64,000 bases of DNA. It comes from Candidatus Micrarchaeota archaeon RBG_16_49_10. GTDB lineage: Archaea; Aenigmatarchaeota; Aenigmatarchaeia; CG10238-14. Positions 9,349 through 16,085 of this stretch are shown here, one piece after another. The stretch is from the NCBI GenBank assembly GCA_001784635.1, contig MFRS01000003.1, positions 138,763-202,762 on the forward strand, read 5' to 3'. A model generated the notes under the pieces. The model searched no databases. It saw only the letters and a program-made list of their open reading frames with translations, and was not told the DNA's origin. Both the position numbers and the translations under genes were made by a program. Numbering within the stretch: the stretch's first letter is position 1; each line of letters opens with the position of its first letter.

Positions 9349-9810
9349 ATGGCAAGAATCCATGCCAGGAGAAAGGGGAGGTCAAGCTCCACAAGGCCCA
9401 TAGGGCGCGGCTCGCCTAGGTGGGTCAGGTACAAGAAGTCAGAGATAGAGGAGCTTGTCATGAAATATGCCAAGGAGGGGAAATCATCCTCGGAAATCGG
9501 GATGATATTGAGGGACCAGTACGGCATACCCCTAGTTAAAAGGGCCTCTGGCAGGAAAATATCCCAAATAATGAGGGAAAAGGATATGTACCCCAAATAC
9601 CCAGAGGACCTGTTCAACCTTTTCGTGAAGGCCGTCAACCTCATGGACCACCTTGAAAAAAGGAAGAAGGATTACACCTCAAAAAGGGGCCTCGAGCTCC
9701 TGGAGTCAAAGATAAGGAGGCTTGGGAAATATTACACCAAATCCGGGAAACTGCCCGAGAGCTGGAAATACGAGCCTGAAAAGATAAAACTATTGATCCA
9801 ACAGAAGTGA
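9349..9810 (+). CDS. rps15: 30S ribosomal protein S15 (uS15, archaeal S15P/S13e type)
   Basis: 153 aa. The MARIHARRKGRSSSTRP N-terminus and remaining sequence are typical of archaeal S15. Confidence 0.95.
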   Translation: MARIHARRKGRSSSTRPIGRGSPRWVRYKKSEIEELVMKYAKEGKSSSEIGMILRDQYGIPLVKRASGRKISQIMREKDMYPKYPEDLFNLFVKAVNLMDHLEKRKKDYTSKRGLELLESKIRRLGKYYTKSGKLPESWKYEPEKIKLLIQQK

Positions 9811-9814
9811 TTTC

Positions 9815-10369
9815 ATGGTGAAGAAACTCAAAGGGAAGACTTGGTACAATCTGGTTGCACCCAAGATGTTCGACTCAAAGGTTTTGGGGAAAACCCCTGC
9901 GGGGGATTCTGACACCATTATAGGGAGAACGGTCGAAGTCTCCATAATAAACCTCCTCAACAACCCCTCAAAGTACTACCTGAAGTTCAAGTTCAAGGGC
10001 GTGAAGATTGAGGAGACCAAGGTCATAACCGAATTCGCTGGCCTGGTATGCCTTAGGGACTACATATCCAGGATGGTGAGGCACGGCGTCAGGAGGATTG
10101 ACACTGTGCAGGACCTTACGACAGAGGACAAGAAGAAGGTGAGAGTGAAGACCTTGACCCTCATAAGCAAGAGAGCAAGGAAGGAGGTTGAGGTCACGAT
10201 GCGGAAGTTCATAAAAGATGGCATCAAGGAAAGAGTCGAGTCGATGAAGCTAGACGACTTCCTTTCCAAGCTATTGGACGACTCGCTGAAAAGGGAATTA
10301 TTAACAAAGGGGAACAAGATATACCCTATAAGGGCCTTTGAAGTCATAAAAATAGAGAGACTAGACTGA
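9815..10369 (+). CDS. rps3ae: 30S ribosomal protein S3Ae (eS1)
   Basis: 184 aa. KGKTWYNLVAPKMF and the following pattern are typical of S3Ae. Confidence 0.9.
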   Translation: MVKKLKGKTWYNLVAPKMFDSKVLGKTPAGDSDTIIGRTVEVSIINLLNNPSKYYLKFKFKGVKIEETKVITEFAGLVCLRDYISRMVRHGVRRIDTVQDLTTEDKKKVRVKTLTLISKRARKEVEVTMRKFIKDGIKERVESMKLDDFLSKLLDDSLKRELLTKGNKIYPIRAFEVIKIERLD

Positions 10370-11528
10370 TTATCTTCCCCATTCCTATTATATTCAGTAT
10401 CAGCACGGCGAACGTGAATATCGAGAGCCCGACGATTACCTTGTTTGCCACATCCTTTCTGAACACTTTCTCAAGCAGCGCCTGGTAAATCAACCCCCCG
10501 TCCAATGGCAGAAGAGGCAATAGGTTTGCTATCGCTATGTTTATGTCAAGGAAGGCCGCCCAGTTGAAGAGGTTGAAGAACCAGAAGAATATCCGGGCCC
10601 CAGTTTCTGGGTTTCCGAGGGACCTAAAACTATCCCTGTAAATAAGCTTAGTGCTCACGTCGCTTACCCCTATGAAGGACTGCCCCTCCAGGTCAGGGTT
10701 CTCCACGGTTTTAACTGTGAACAGGCCTTCTGTCGTCCTAATATCAATCTCCGTCCCGGGGGCCGCCGAAGCCAAAATTTCCGAAAGGTCATCCACACTC
10801 CTAACCTCCTGTCCCTGTATCTCGGTTATAATGCCCCTCAAACCCACAGCTTCGGCAGGCATCCCGGCTATCGTCTGGGAAAAGACGACGCCGTTTGCAA
10901 CGAAAATCTTTGGCACAATCACGCTCATGCCAAAAATGACACCTAACAGCAGCAGGAAAACCAGGAAATTCGCAAAGCTGCCCACAGCCGCAACCTTCAT
11001 CCTGGTCGATGGCCTACTCTTCCTGAACTGGTCCTCATCGGGCTCGACAAAAGCACCAGGGAAAATCAGGAACAGGATAAGCCCCAGGGACTTTATCCTT
11101 ATCTTTTCGGCGGCCGCAACGAAGCCGTGGCTCAGCTCGTGTGGGACGATTATTATGAAGATCGTTATTATCCAGTACCACAATGGGATGAAGGCGACGT
11201 GCTTCTGGACGCCCTCGCTCGGCTCCCCGGGGAATATCTTAGGGAGCAGGAACTTCACGCCTGGCTCGCCTAGAGTCAGGTTCTTCAGGAGGAAGCCCAT
11301 CCCGACCAAAGAGGCTATTATCGCCACGATGATGGCGATGGACGCATAGACTTTGAAGGCTTTCGCGTGCCTCAAGCCTATCTCCCTTATCTTGTTCTTC
11401 CCCTTCTTCGTCCTCCTGGTTATCATGAAGAACTTGAACTCTATGTTCTTCCTGTCCATTATCACCAAAACGCCCAAGACCGTCAAAAAAAGAACTATCG
11501 ACAGGCTTTCAAAGTTCATCAAAACCAC
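10344..11528 (-). CDS. Site-2 protease family (M50) membrane metalloprotease with PDZ domain
   Basis: 394 aa. HELSHG zinc motif (VPHELSHGFVAA), a PDZ-like segment (GIITEIQGQEVRSVDDL) and the C-terminal LPLLPLDGG motif. Confidence 0.85.
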   Translation of the reverse strand: MVLMNFESLSIVLFLTVLGVLVIMDRKNIEFKFFMITRRTKKGKNKIREIGLRHAKAFKVYASIAIIVAIIASLVGMGFLLKNLTLGEPGVKFLLPKIFPGEPSEGVQKHVAFIPLWYWIITIFIIIVPHELSHGFVAAAEKIRIKSLGLILFLIFPGAFVEPDEDQFRKSRPSTRMKVAAVGSFANFLVFLLLLGVIFGMSVIVPKIFVANGVVFSQTIAGMPAEAVGLRGIITEIQGQEVRSVDDLSEILASAAPGTEIDIRTTEGLFTVKTVENPDLEGQSFIGVSDVSTKLIYRDSFRSLGNPETGARIFFWFFNLFNWAAFLDINIAIANLLPLLPLDGGLIYQALLEKVFRKDVANKVIVGLSIFTFAVLILNIIGMGKIISLVSLFL

Positions 11529-11562
11529 AACTTAGTATTCTTTTGATTGGGAGAATATAAAT

Positions 11563-11994
11563 TTAGCCCAAAACTATAAGTATGGCGCCGCCCACCACGA
11601 GCAAGGCCCCCAGCGCAATCTTCAATGTGACCTTCTCTCCCAGGAAGAGGGCTGCGAGGATTATGACGAAGACCACGCTCAACCTGTCGATTGGTGCTAC
11701 CTTCGATGCCTGGCCGAGCTTCAATGCGATGAAGTAGAAGAGCCATGACAGTGCGCCAGCAACCCCGCTTAGGAGGATGTAGAAAAGTGCTTTCCGGTTG
11801 GAGAATATCTCCGGCACGTTGTGCAATTTTCCTGTCACTGCGATGGCTGCGAAAAGGAATAGGAACATAACCCCCGCCCTTACCATTGTGGCAGCGTTAG
11901 AGTCAACTCCCTGGAGACCTATCTTCCCAAATATGGCTACCAGAGAGGCCGTCAAAGCAGAGAGCAGCGCGAATATTAGCCACGAAACTTCCAT
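11563..11994 (-). CDS. Half-size EamA/DMT family transporter
   Basis: 143 aa with 4-5 TM helices and a typical EamA repeat pattern (APIDRLSVVFVIILAALFLGEK). Confidence 0.7.
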   Translation of the reverse strand: MEVSWLIFALLSALTASLVAIFGKIGLQGVDSNAATMVRAGVMFLFLFAAIAVTGKLHNVPEIFSNRKALFYILLSGVAGALSWLFYFIALKLGQASKVAPIDRLSVVFVIILAALFLGEKVTLKIALGALLVVGGAILIVLG

Positions 11995-12036
11995 GAAGAT
12001 TATTCTGTTCCCAGGTAAAAATATCTGACTTTAGCG

Positions 12037-12048
12037 ATGCAGGGGGAG
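12037..12048. repeat. Distal copy of the tRNA-Leu 3' end (att-like direct repeat, 12 nt)
   Basis: ATGCAGGGGGAG is identical to 13822-13833. The following bases (tgcgtttcaa) weakly resemble the tRNA T-arm (agatttgaa). Confidence 0.6.
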
Positions 12049-12058
12049 TGCGTTTCAA

Positions 12059-12136
12059 TTGTATTCAGGTTTTTCATGAATGTTAAACTGGGTTCATGTG
12101 CCTATTTAGGCTACACTAAAGTTGTATTCAAGTTTT
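12059..12136 (+). promoter_or_regulatory. Two 15-nt direct repeats upstream of the toxin-antitoxin operon (candidate operator) followed by a TATA-like box
   Basis: TTGTATTCAGGTTTT (12059-12073) and TTGTATTCAAGTTTT (12122-12136) match at 14 of 15 positions. The second lies just upstream of aagataaatatataag (about 12140-12156). Confidence 0.35.
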
Positions 12137-12186
12137 GAGGAAGATAAATATATAAGTATACTATGGTAATACTTTTAGGTGATTAT

Positions 12187-12381
12187 ATGGAAACTATCCC
12201 AGCAAAAGTCACTGAAAAATTGGTATTAGAGATGGACGAATTGATAAAAGAAGGTTGGTATGCCAACAGGTCCGAATTAATCAGAGATGCCATTAGGGAA
12301 ATGGTTAAAAGAGTCAAGATAGAGATGCTAGAGCAGGCTATAAGGGAAGATGTGGAATGGGGTCTGCATGGGAAAAATTGA
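12187..12381 (+). CDS. Ribbon-helix-helix (CopG-like) antitoxin
   Basis: METIPAKVTEKLVLEMDELIKEGWYANRSELIRDAIREMV is a typical RHH pattern. The ORF track starts at 12163, but that ATG lies too close to the TATA-like box, so I prefer the ATG at 12187. Confidence 0.7.
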   Translation: METIPAKVTEKLVLEMDELIKEGWYANRSELIRDAIREMVKRVKIEMLEQAIREDVEWGLHGKN

Positions 12382-12877
12382 GACAGCAATATCGAATTCT
12401 GGCCCATTAATTCATTTGTCGCAAATAGAGTCTTTTGGGCTTCTAGGTATAATAAAAAACATTTATATCACAAAAGAAGTTTTTGATGAAGTCTGCTCTT
12501 TCAGCTTGCCTGGAAGCAAGGAAGTGAAAAAATCCAGCAATATAAAAGTTAAAGACTTGAACTATAAGGCTAAGGATTTATCCAGGCTAATTTCTGACAA
12601 ATATTCGTTAGACTTGGGCGAGGCCACATCAATATCACTCGCAAAGCAGGAGAAAATAAACCTCTTCCTTACGGATGACCTTTCTGCTAAAGTTGTCGCC
12701 AAAGAGTTTGGTTTGCAAGTTCATGGGTCAATCGGTATAATTTTGAGAGCCTTCAGAGTTGGCGTTCTAAAAAAACAGGACGTGATAAGGTCAGTCCAAA
12801 ATTTGCACAAAAAATCCAGCATGTTTATAACGGCAGACCTAATCAGCTATGTGATTAAACAGATAGAAAAGGCCTAA
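12368..12877 (+). CDS. PIN-like nuclease toxin, DUF3368/COG2405 type
   Basis: SNSGPLIHLSQIESFGLLG...ITKEVFDEV...LDLGEATSISLAKQE...FLTDDLSAKVVAKEFGLQVHGSIGIILRA matches the DUF3368 pattern. The ATG at 12368 overlaps the antitoxin stop by 14 nt. Confidence 0.7.
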   Translation: MGKIETAISNSGPLIHLSQIESFGLLGIIKNIYITKEVFDEVCSFSLPGSKEVKKSSNIKVKDLNYKAKDLSRLISDKYSLDLGEATSISLAKQEKINLFLTDDLSAKVVAKEFGLQVHGSIGIILRAFRVGVLKKQDVIRSVQNLHKKSSMFITADLISYVIKQIEKA

Positions 12878-12884
12878 AAATCTC

Positions 12885-12897
12885 TATGCAGGGGGAG
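12885..12897. repeat. Middle copy of the tRNA-Leu 3' end (att-like direct repeat, 13 nt)
   Basis: TATGCAGGGGGAG is identical to 13821-13833. Confidence 0.65.
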
Positions 12898-12902
12898 CGC
12901 AG

Positions 12903-12924
12903 ACTCGTTATAAGAGGGAGCACA
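12903..12924. repeat. Left 22-bp terminal inverted repeat of the second cassette
   Basis: The reverse complement of actcgttataagagggagcaca is tgtgctccctcttataacgagt. This matches 13800-13821 (tgtgctccctgataaaacgagt) at 19 of 22 positions. Confidence 0.55.
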
Positions 12925-12985
12925 CTCAAGACGAAAGAGAAATAACTTTTGAAGTAGGAAAGAGTTTCTATAAATAATTCACATA

Positions 12986-13729
12986 CTATACTATTTCAAA
13001 TTCTTTCTCTAGAAACTTGATTTCATATTGATTTTCCCAAGGTCTAAAATCAGGTTCTTCTTCTGGACATTCTGTCCTATATTCAAATCTAAACTTGTAT
13101 CTCCCCGAATCTACTAAATGGTTCATATAACATGTATAGGTATCACCATTTGAACAATCGACAGTATCATAGACAATTTCTCTTTGGTCCCAGTGGAAGA
13201 ATTCCTGTGAATCTGAGATTTCACATATTGGAGTTGGAAATCCTGCTATGCAACCAATTGGACCATTTTCACAAATATCATTACATAAACCAACGCACCC
13301 TGGTTTTAAAAGTAATTTTTCCCAATTACCATTTTCATATCTGAAAACACTCCAAGAACCAGCACTATTTAGATAGATATTTTCATCTGTTCTTACAATA
13401 GCACTTATTTCTTCAAATTTGGCAAATTTGGTTTCCATTTCTATTTTCAATTCATTTTTTTCTTCTGTATCGCATATCGAATTATAATTATTATCGAGGC
13501 AACAAGAACTTCCAACTAATATATACGGTTTATTACACACTACTTTTCCTGATTTGAGCTCTCGAATTCTTAATTCTAACTGGCCATTTTCGTTTTGTAA
13601 ATTTTTAATTTCAGATAACAATCCCTCGTTGCTCTTTTGATTTTGGTTGATTACATAAAATAATCCTATTATAGCCAATAAAGAGACCATTCCAAATATA
13701 ATTAAGAGAGTATTATTAGATTTTTTCAT
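12986..13729 (-). CDS. Membrane-anchored coiled-coil protein with Cys-rich ectodomain (sole cargo of cassette 2)
   Basis: 247 aa. N-terminal TM (LLIIFGMVSLLAIIGLFYVI), a heptad-like LSEIKNLQNENGQLELRIRELK, then a CNKPYILVGSSCCLDNNYNSIC module and further Cys pairs. Confidence 0.6.
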   Translation of the reverse strand: MKKSNNTLLIIFGMVSLLAIIGLFYVINQNQKSNEGLLSEIKNLQNENGQLELRIRELKSGKVVCNKPYILVGSSCCLDNNYNSICDTEEKNELKIEMETKFAKFEEISAIVRTDENIYLNSAGSWSVFRYENGNWEKLLLKPGCVGLCNDICENGPIGCIAGFPTPICEISDSQEFFHWDQREIVYDTVDCSNGDTYTCYMNHLVDSGRYKFRFEYRTECPEEEPDFRPWENQYEIKFLEKEFEIV

Positions 13730-13799
13730 ATGTTGAAATATAGGATTACATATTTAAAATGGATTGAACTCTCTAAAAACGTACTTATATTTAAGTGTC

Positions 13800-13821
13800 T
13801 GTGCTCCCTGATAAAACGAGT
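13800..13821. repeat. Right 22-bp terminal inverted repeat of the second cassette
   Basis: See 12903-12924. This copy abuts the direct repeat and the tRNA 3' end. Confidence 0.55.
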
Positions 13822-13833
13822 ATGCAGGGGGAG
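13821..13833. repeat. Proximal copy of the direct repeat, overlapping the 3' acceptor/T-stem of tRNA-Leu
   Basis: TATGCAGGGGGAG. Bases 13823-13833 are the discriminator plus the last 10 nt of the tRNA. Confidence 0.65.
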
Positions 13834-13906
13834 AGATTTGAACTCTCGAACCCACTAAGGGACAGGCTTCTAAGGCCTGCGCCGTTGGCCGCTTGGCTAC
13901 CCCTGC
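13823..13906 (-). tRNA. tRNA-Leu (anticodon UAG)
   Basis: gcagggg ta gccaagcggccaacggc g caggc ctTAGaa gcctg tcccttagtgggttc gagag ttcaaat ctctc cccctgc a. The long variable arm fits Leu. 84 nt. Confidence 0.9.
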
Positions 13907-13947
13907 TTCAAAAATAATTATAAGGCGTAGGATTTAAACTAATAAAA

Positions 13948-14133
13948 ATGGGATGCGTAACATTTTACATGAAGGTGCAGTGCAGCAGATGCGCTAAGGG
14001 TGTCAGCAAGGCCGTTTACGAGCATTCAAAGGCCAAGTACGGCAAGCCGCTGTGTTTCGATTGCCAGACCATCCTGAATTCAGGCAAGACTTTCAAGGAG
14101 AGGTTCAGGATAGTGGACACTATTGTTGATTAG
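13948..14133 (+). CDS. Small 4-Cys zinc-ribbon protein
   Basis: 61 aa with CSRC...CFDC. It sits on the opposite strand between tRNA-Leu and tRNA-Glu and is more GC-rich than its surroundings. Confidence 0.45.
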   Translation: MGCVTFYMKVQCSRCAKGVSKAVYEHSKAKYGKPLCFDCQTILNSGKTFKERFRIVDTIVD

Positions 14134-14135
14134 GA

Positions 14136-14232
14136 TGCTCCCGACGGGATTTGAACCCGTGTCTATGGCTCGAAAGGCCACTATCCTATCGGTTTTAAAC
14201 TATGTTAAATGACCGGGCTAGACTACGGGAGC
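14136..14232 (-). tRNA. tRNA-Glu (anticodon UUC) with a ~23-nt insertion in the D-loop (candidate non-canonical intron)
   Basis: gctcccg ta gtct agcccggtc [atttaacatagtttaaaaccgat] a ggat a gtggc cTTCga-type loop (ctttcga) gccat agac acggg ttcaaat cccgt cgggagc a. 97 nt. The cloverleaf only closes if 14188-14210 is removed or looped out. Confidence 0.7.
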
Positions 14233-14853
14233 TTTCATAAAACTTTCATATCTTTTTATATGTTTTATGTTTTTAAATCCCACTACTTTTTTGAATTTTT
14301 TTACCATCGCTCTATCGTAGATATATATTTGCGGAGTTTCGCTTCCAAAAGTCCACTTAGTGGTTCTGATACCTAAAACTTTCATACAACCTGAGAAGTC
14401 GACCATCAGTTTTGGCATTTTAGTCTTTAGAGAAATACAGGGATGGTCCCTTTTAGGTAAACAATAGACTGACCCATCAGTGTCAATAAGGCCTCTTAAA
14501 AACGCTTCCATGAAATCTGTGTTTTTGGAAACCCAATCAGGTATCCCTAGGTTATTATTAATTTTATTACCTCTTTTTAGACCGAAGTTTTCTAGTAAAA
14601 ATACCAAACTCCTATTTTGGTTCAATAGCGCTATACCATTGAAATTTTTGTATCTTTTAATATGAAAACTGAAACCGAGGGTTTGTTCAAACAATGGTTT
14701 AACATAATTAACTAAATACTCATAATCATCACTCAAATGCCCAGAAACAGTAGTTTGATAGACTTTTCGTCTTTTATCCACATATATACAACCATCCCCT
14801 GTCATAATGCCAAAAATTTCTGCCAAATTTCGCGTTTTTTCTATCATTTCCAT
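14218..14853 (-). CDS. Free-standing double-motif LAGLIDADG homing endonuclease
   Basis: 211 aa. Motif 1 is LAEIFGIMTGDGCIY and motif 2 is AFLRGLIDTDGSVY. The last four codons and the stop (gct ccc gta gtc tag) are nucleotides 1-15 of tRNA-Glu. Confidence 0.8.
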   Translation of the reverse strand: MEMIEKTRNLAEIFGIMTGDGCIYVDKRRKVYQTTVSGHLSDDYEYLVNYVKPLFEQTLGFSFHIKRYKNFNGIALLNQNRSLVFLLENFGLKRGNKINNNLGIPDWVSKNTDFMEAFLRGLIDTDGSVYCLPKRDHPCISLKTKMPKLMVDFSGCMKVLGIRTTKWTFGSETPQIYIYDRAMVKKFKKVVGFKNIKHIKRYESFMKAPVV

Positions 14854-14910
14854 GTTTCATGATTAAAAAATAATCATAATTATCTTTGGCGACAGGGTAG
14901 GGTTTGGATA

Positions 14911-14920
14911 AAAAAAAAAA
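14911..14920 (-). terminator. Oligo-T (T10) tract immediately after the tRNA-Val 3' end
   Basis: A10 on the plus strand at 14911-14920 is T10 on the transcribed strand, directly following the discriminator base. Oligo-T is the canonical archaeal termination signal. Confidence 0.5.
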
Positions 14921-15017
14921 TGGGCCGAGCAGGACTCGAACCTGCGATTTGCGGTTGCCAAAACAGGCAAATTCCGCCACGTCAAGGCGGCGTCTTAACC
15001 AACTGGACCATCGGCCC
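14921..15017 (-). tRNA. tRNA-Val (anticodon GAC) with a ~23-nt insertion in the variable-loop region (candidate non-canonical intron)
   Basis: gggccga tg gtcc agttggttaa gac g ccgcc ttGACgt ggcgg [aatttgcctgttttggcaaccgcaaatc] gcagg ttcgagt cctgc tcggccc a. 28 nt lie where 4-5 are expected, and the insert can self-pair (tttgc/gcaaa or ttgcc/ggcaa). 97 nt. Confidence 0.7.
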
Positions 15018-15063
15018 CCAATACAATTATACTTCGGCCATTAAATTTTAATCGTTTTTCCAG

Positions 15064-15591
15064 CTAACCTTTGAATCCAACCACTTTGAGCTGCGGGTAG
15101 GCGACCCTTTTATACACCAATCCCATGAGCTTTGAGATTACCCTCACCACAAAAAATGGGTTCTTCTCATCCAGAAAAAGGTATTCAGCACCTATCCTTT
15201 CCATCTTCAAACTCCTTAGGTGGTTTTCGAGATGCCAGGGCGTGTAAAGCGCGTAATGCCTGTCCTCTTCCCCGTAGCTGATTCTCTCATACCTGCCGAA
15301 ATGGGCTCCGGAAAATGGTGTGTGCCACCCCCAGAAGCTCGCGTTGTCCGTTATTAAAATCAGCTTACCGCCTTTCTTGAGGACTCTGATCATCTCTTCC
15401 AGAGCCTTGTTCGGGTTTTTCAGGTGCTCAAAAAGGTTTTCAGAGTACACCTCGTCGAAAAACCTATCAGGAAAAGGCAATTTCCCCCTTTCCACATCGC
15501 ACTTGATTACGCCCTTCCTCTGCGGATAGAGGTCGATGAAATGCGTCCCAAACGTCTGGTGGGCGCACCCCACGTTCAATATTTTTTCCAT
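15064..15591 (-). CDS. Class I SAM-dependent methyltransferase (Methyltransf_11-like)
   Basis: 175 aa. LNVGCA..., FFDEVYSENLFEHL and VLKKGGKLILI are typical post-I/II/III motifs. It is wedged between tRNA-Ser and tRNA-Val. Confidence 0.65.
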   Translation of the reverse strand: MEKILNVGCAHQTFGTHFIDLYPQRKGVIKCDVERGKLPFPDRFFDEVYSENLFEHLKNPNKALEEMIRVLKKGGKLILITDNASFWGWHTPFSGAHFGRYERISYGEEDRHYALYTPWHLENHLRSLKMERIGAEYLFLDEKNPFFVVRVISKLMGLVYKRVAYPQLKVVGFKG

Positions 15592-15613
15592 TGCTAATAC
15601 CCCTGAAAGACAG

Positions 15614-15697
15614 CGTCGAGGCCGGGATTTGAACCCGGAAGGAGCAAGCTCCGCTAGCTTAGCAGGCTAGTGCCCTACCTGATTAGGCGACCTCGAC
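15614..15697 (-). tRNA. tRNA-Ser (anticodon GCU)
   Basis: gtcgagg tc gcc taatcaggta ggc a ctagc ctGCTaa gctag cggagcttgctccttc ccggg ttcaaat cccgg cctcgac g. Long variable arm. 84 nt. Confidence 0.9.
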
Positions 15698-15810
15698 CCA
15701 TTAAACTAAATTGGCGTTAAAAATTAAATTGTTACCACGCCTCCCGACAAAAGAATTAATCCTTAAAACTTAATAAAGAAAATATCTAATATATTTAGGA
15801 GGTTAATGGC

Positions 15811-16083
15811 ATGCCGATAACAGTGAAGGACATTTCTGAGATGTTTGGCAAGGACGTTTTCACCGACAAGGGCCTGTACTGCGGGAAGCTATCCGACGTC
15901 GAGTTCGACCTTTCTAGGTTCAAAGTGAAATCGCTCATAATAGAGGTCGCCAAGGGCACTTTTTTGGGTAAAATGGTTGGGAGCAAGAAGGGAATAATCG
16001 TCCCATACGCTATGATACAGTCGATTGGCGACGTGGTCTTGATAAAGCACATTTCTGCGCCTTTGCCTGAAGAAGGTAGTTAG
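15811..16083 (+). CDS. PRC-barrel domain protein
   Basis: 90 aa. DISEMFGKDVFTDKGLYCGKLSDVEFDLSRFKVKSLII...IVPYAMIQSIGDVVLI matches the PRC-barrel pattern. Confidence 0.7.
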   Translation: MPITVKDISEMFGKDVFTDKGLYCGKLSDVEFDLSRFKVKSLIIEVAKGTFLGKMVGSKKGIIVPYAMIQSIGDVVLIKHISAPLPEEGS

Positions 16084-16085
16084 AA

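Larger units (their letters stand above)
12037..13833. mobile_element. tRNA-Leu-anchored island of two tandem cassette-like units bounded by copies of the tRNA 3' end; no recombinase present
   Basis: ATGCAGGGGGAG occurs at 12037, 12886 and 13822, the last copy inside tRNA-Leu. The units are about 0.85 and 0.94 kb, AT-rich, and each carries one functional module. Confidence 0.45.

Noticed and set aside
8961-9644. 227-aa minus-strand ORF overlapping rps15 and the small membrane protein gene
   Set aside because: It is antisense to a clearly identified ribosomal protein gene, its composition is low-complexity, and it has no motif. It is a typical shadow ORF.
14854-15063. Mitochondria-like tRNA-punctuated polycistron spanning tRNA-Ser to tRNA-Glu
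   Set aside because: The T10 tract immediately after tRNA-Val is a strong archaeal terminator, and AT-rich promoter-like sequence precedes the endonuclease ATG. A single read-through transcript is therefore unlikely. The endonuclease/tRNA-Glu overlap is kept as a separate finding.
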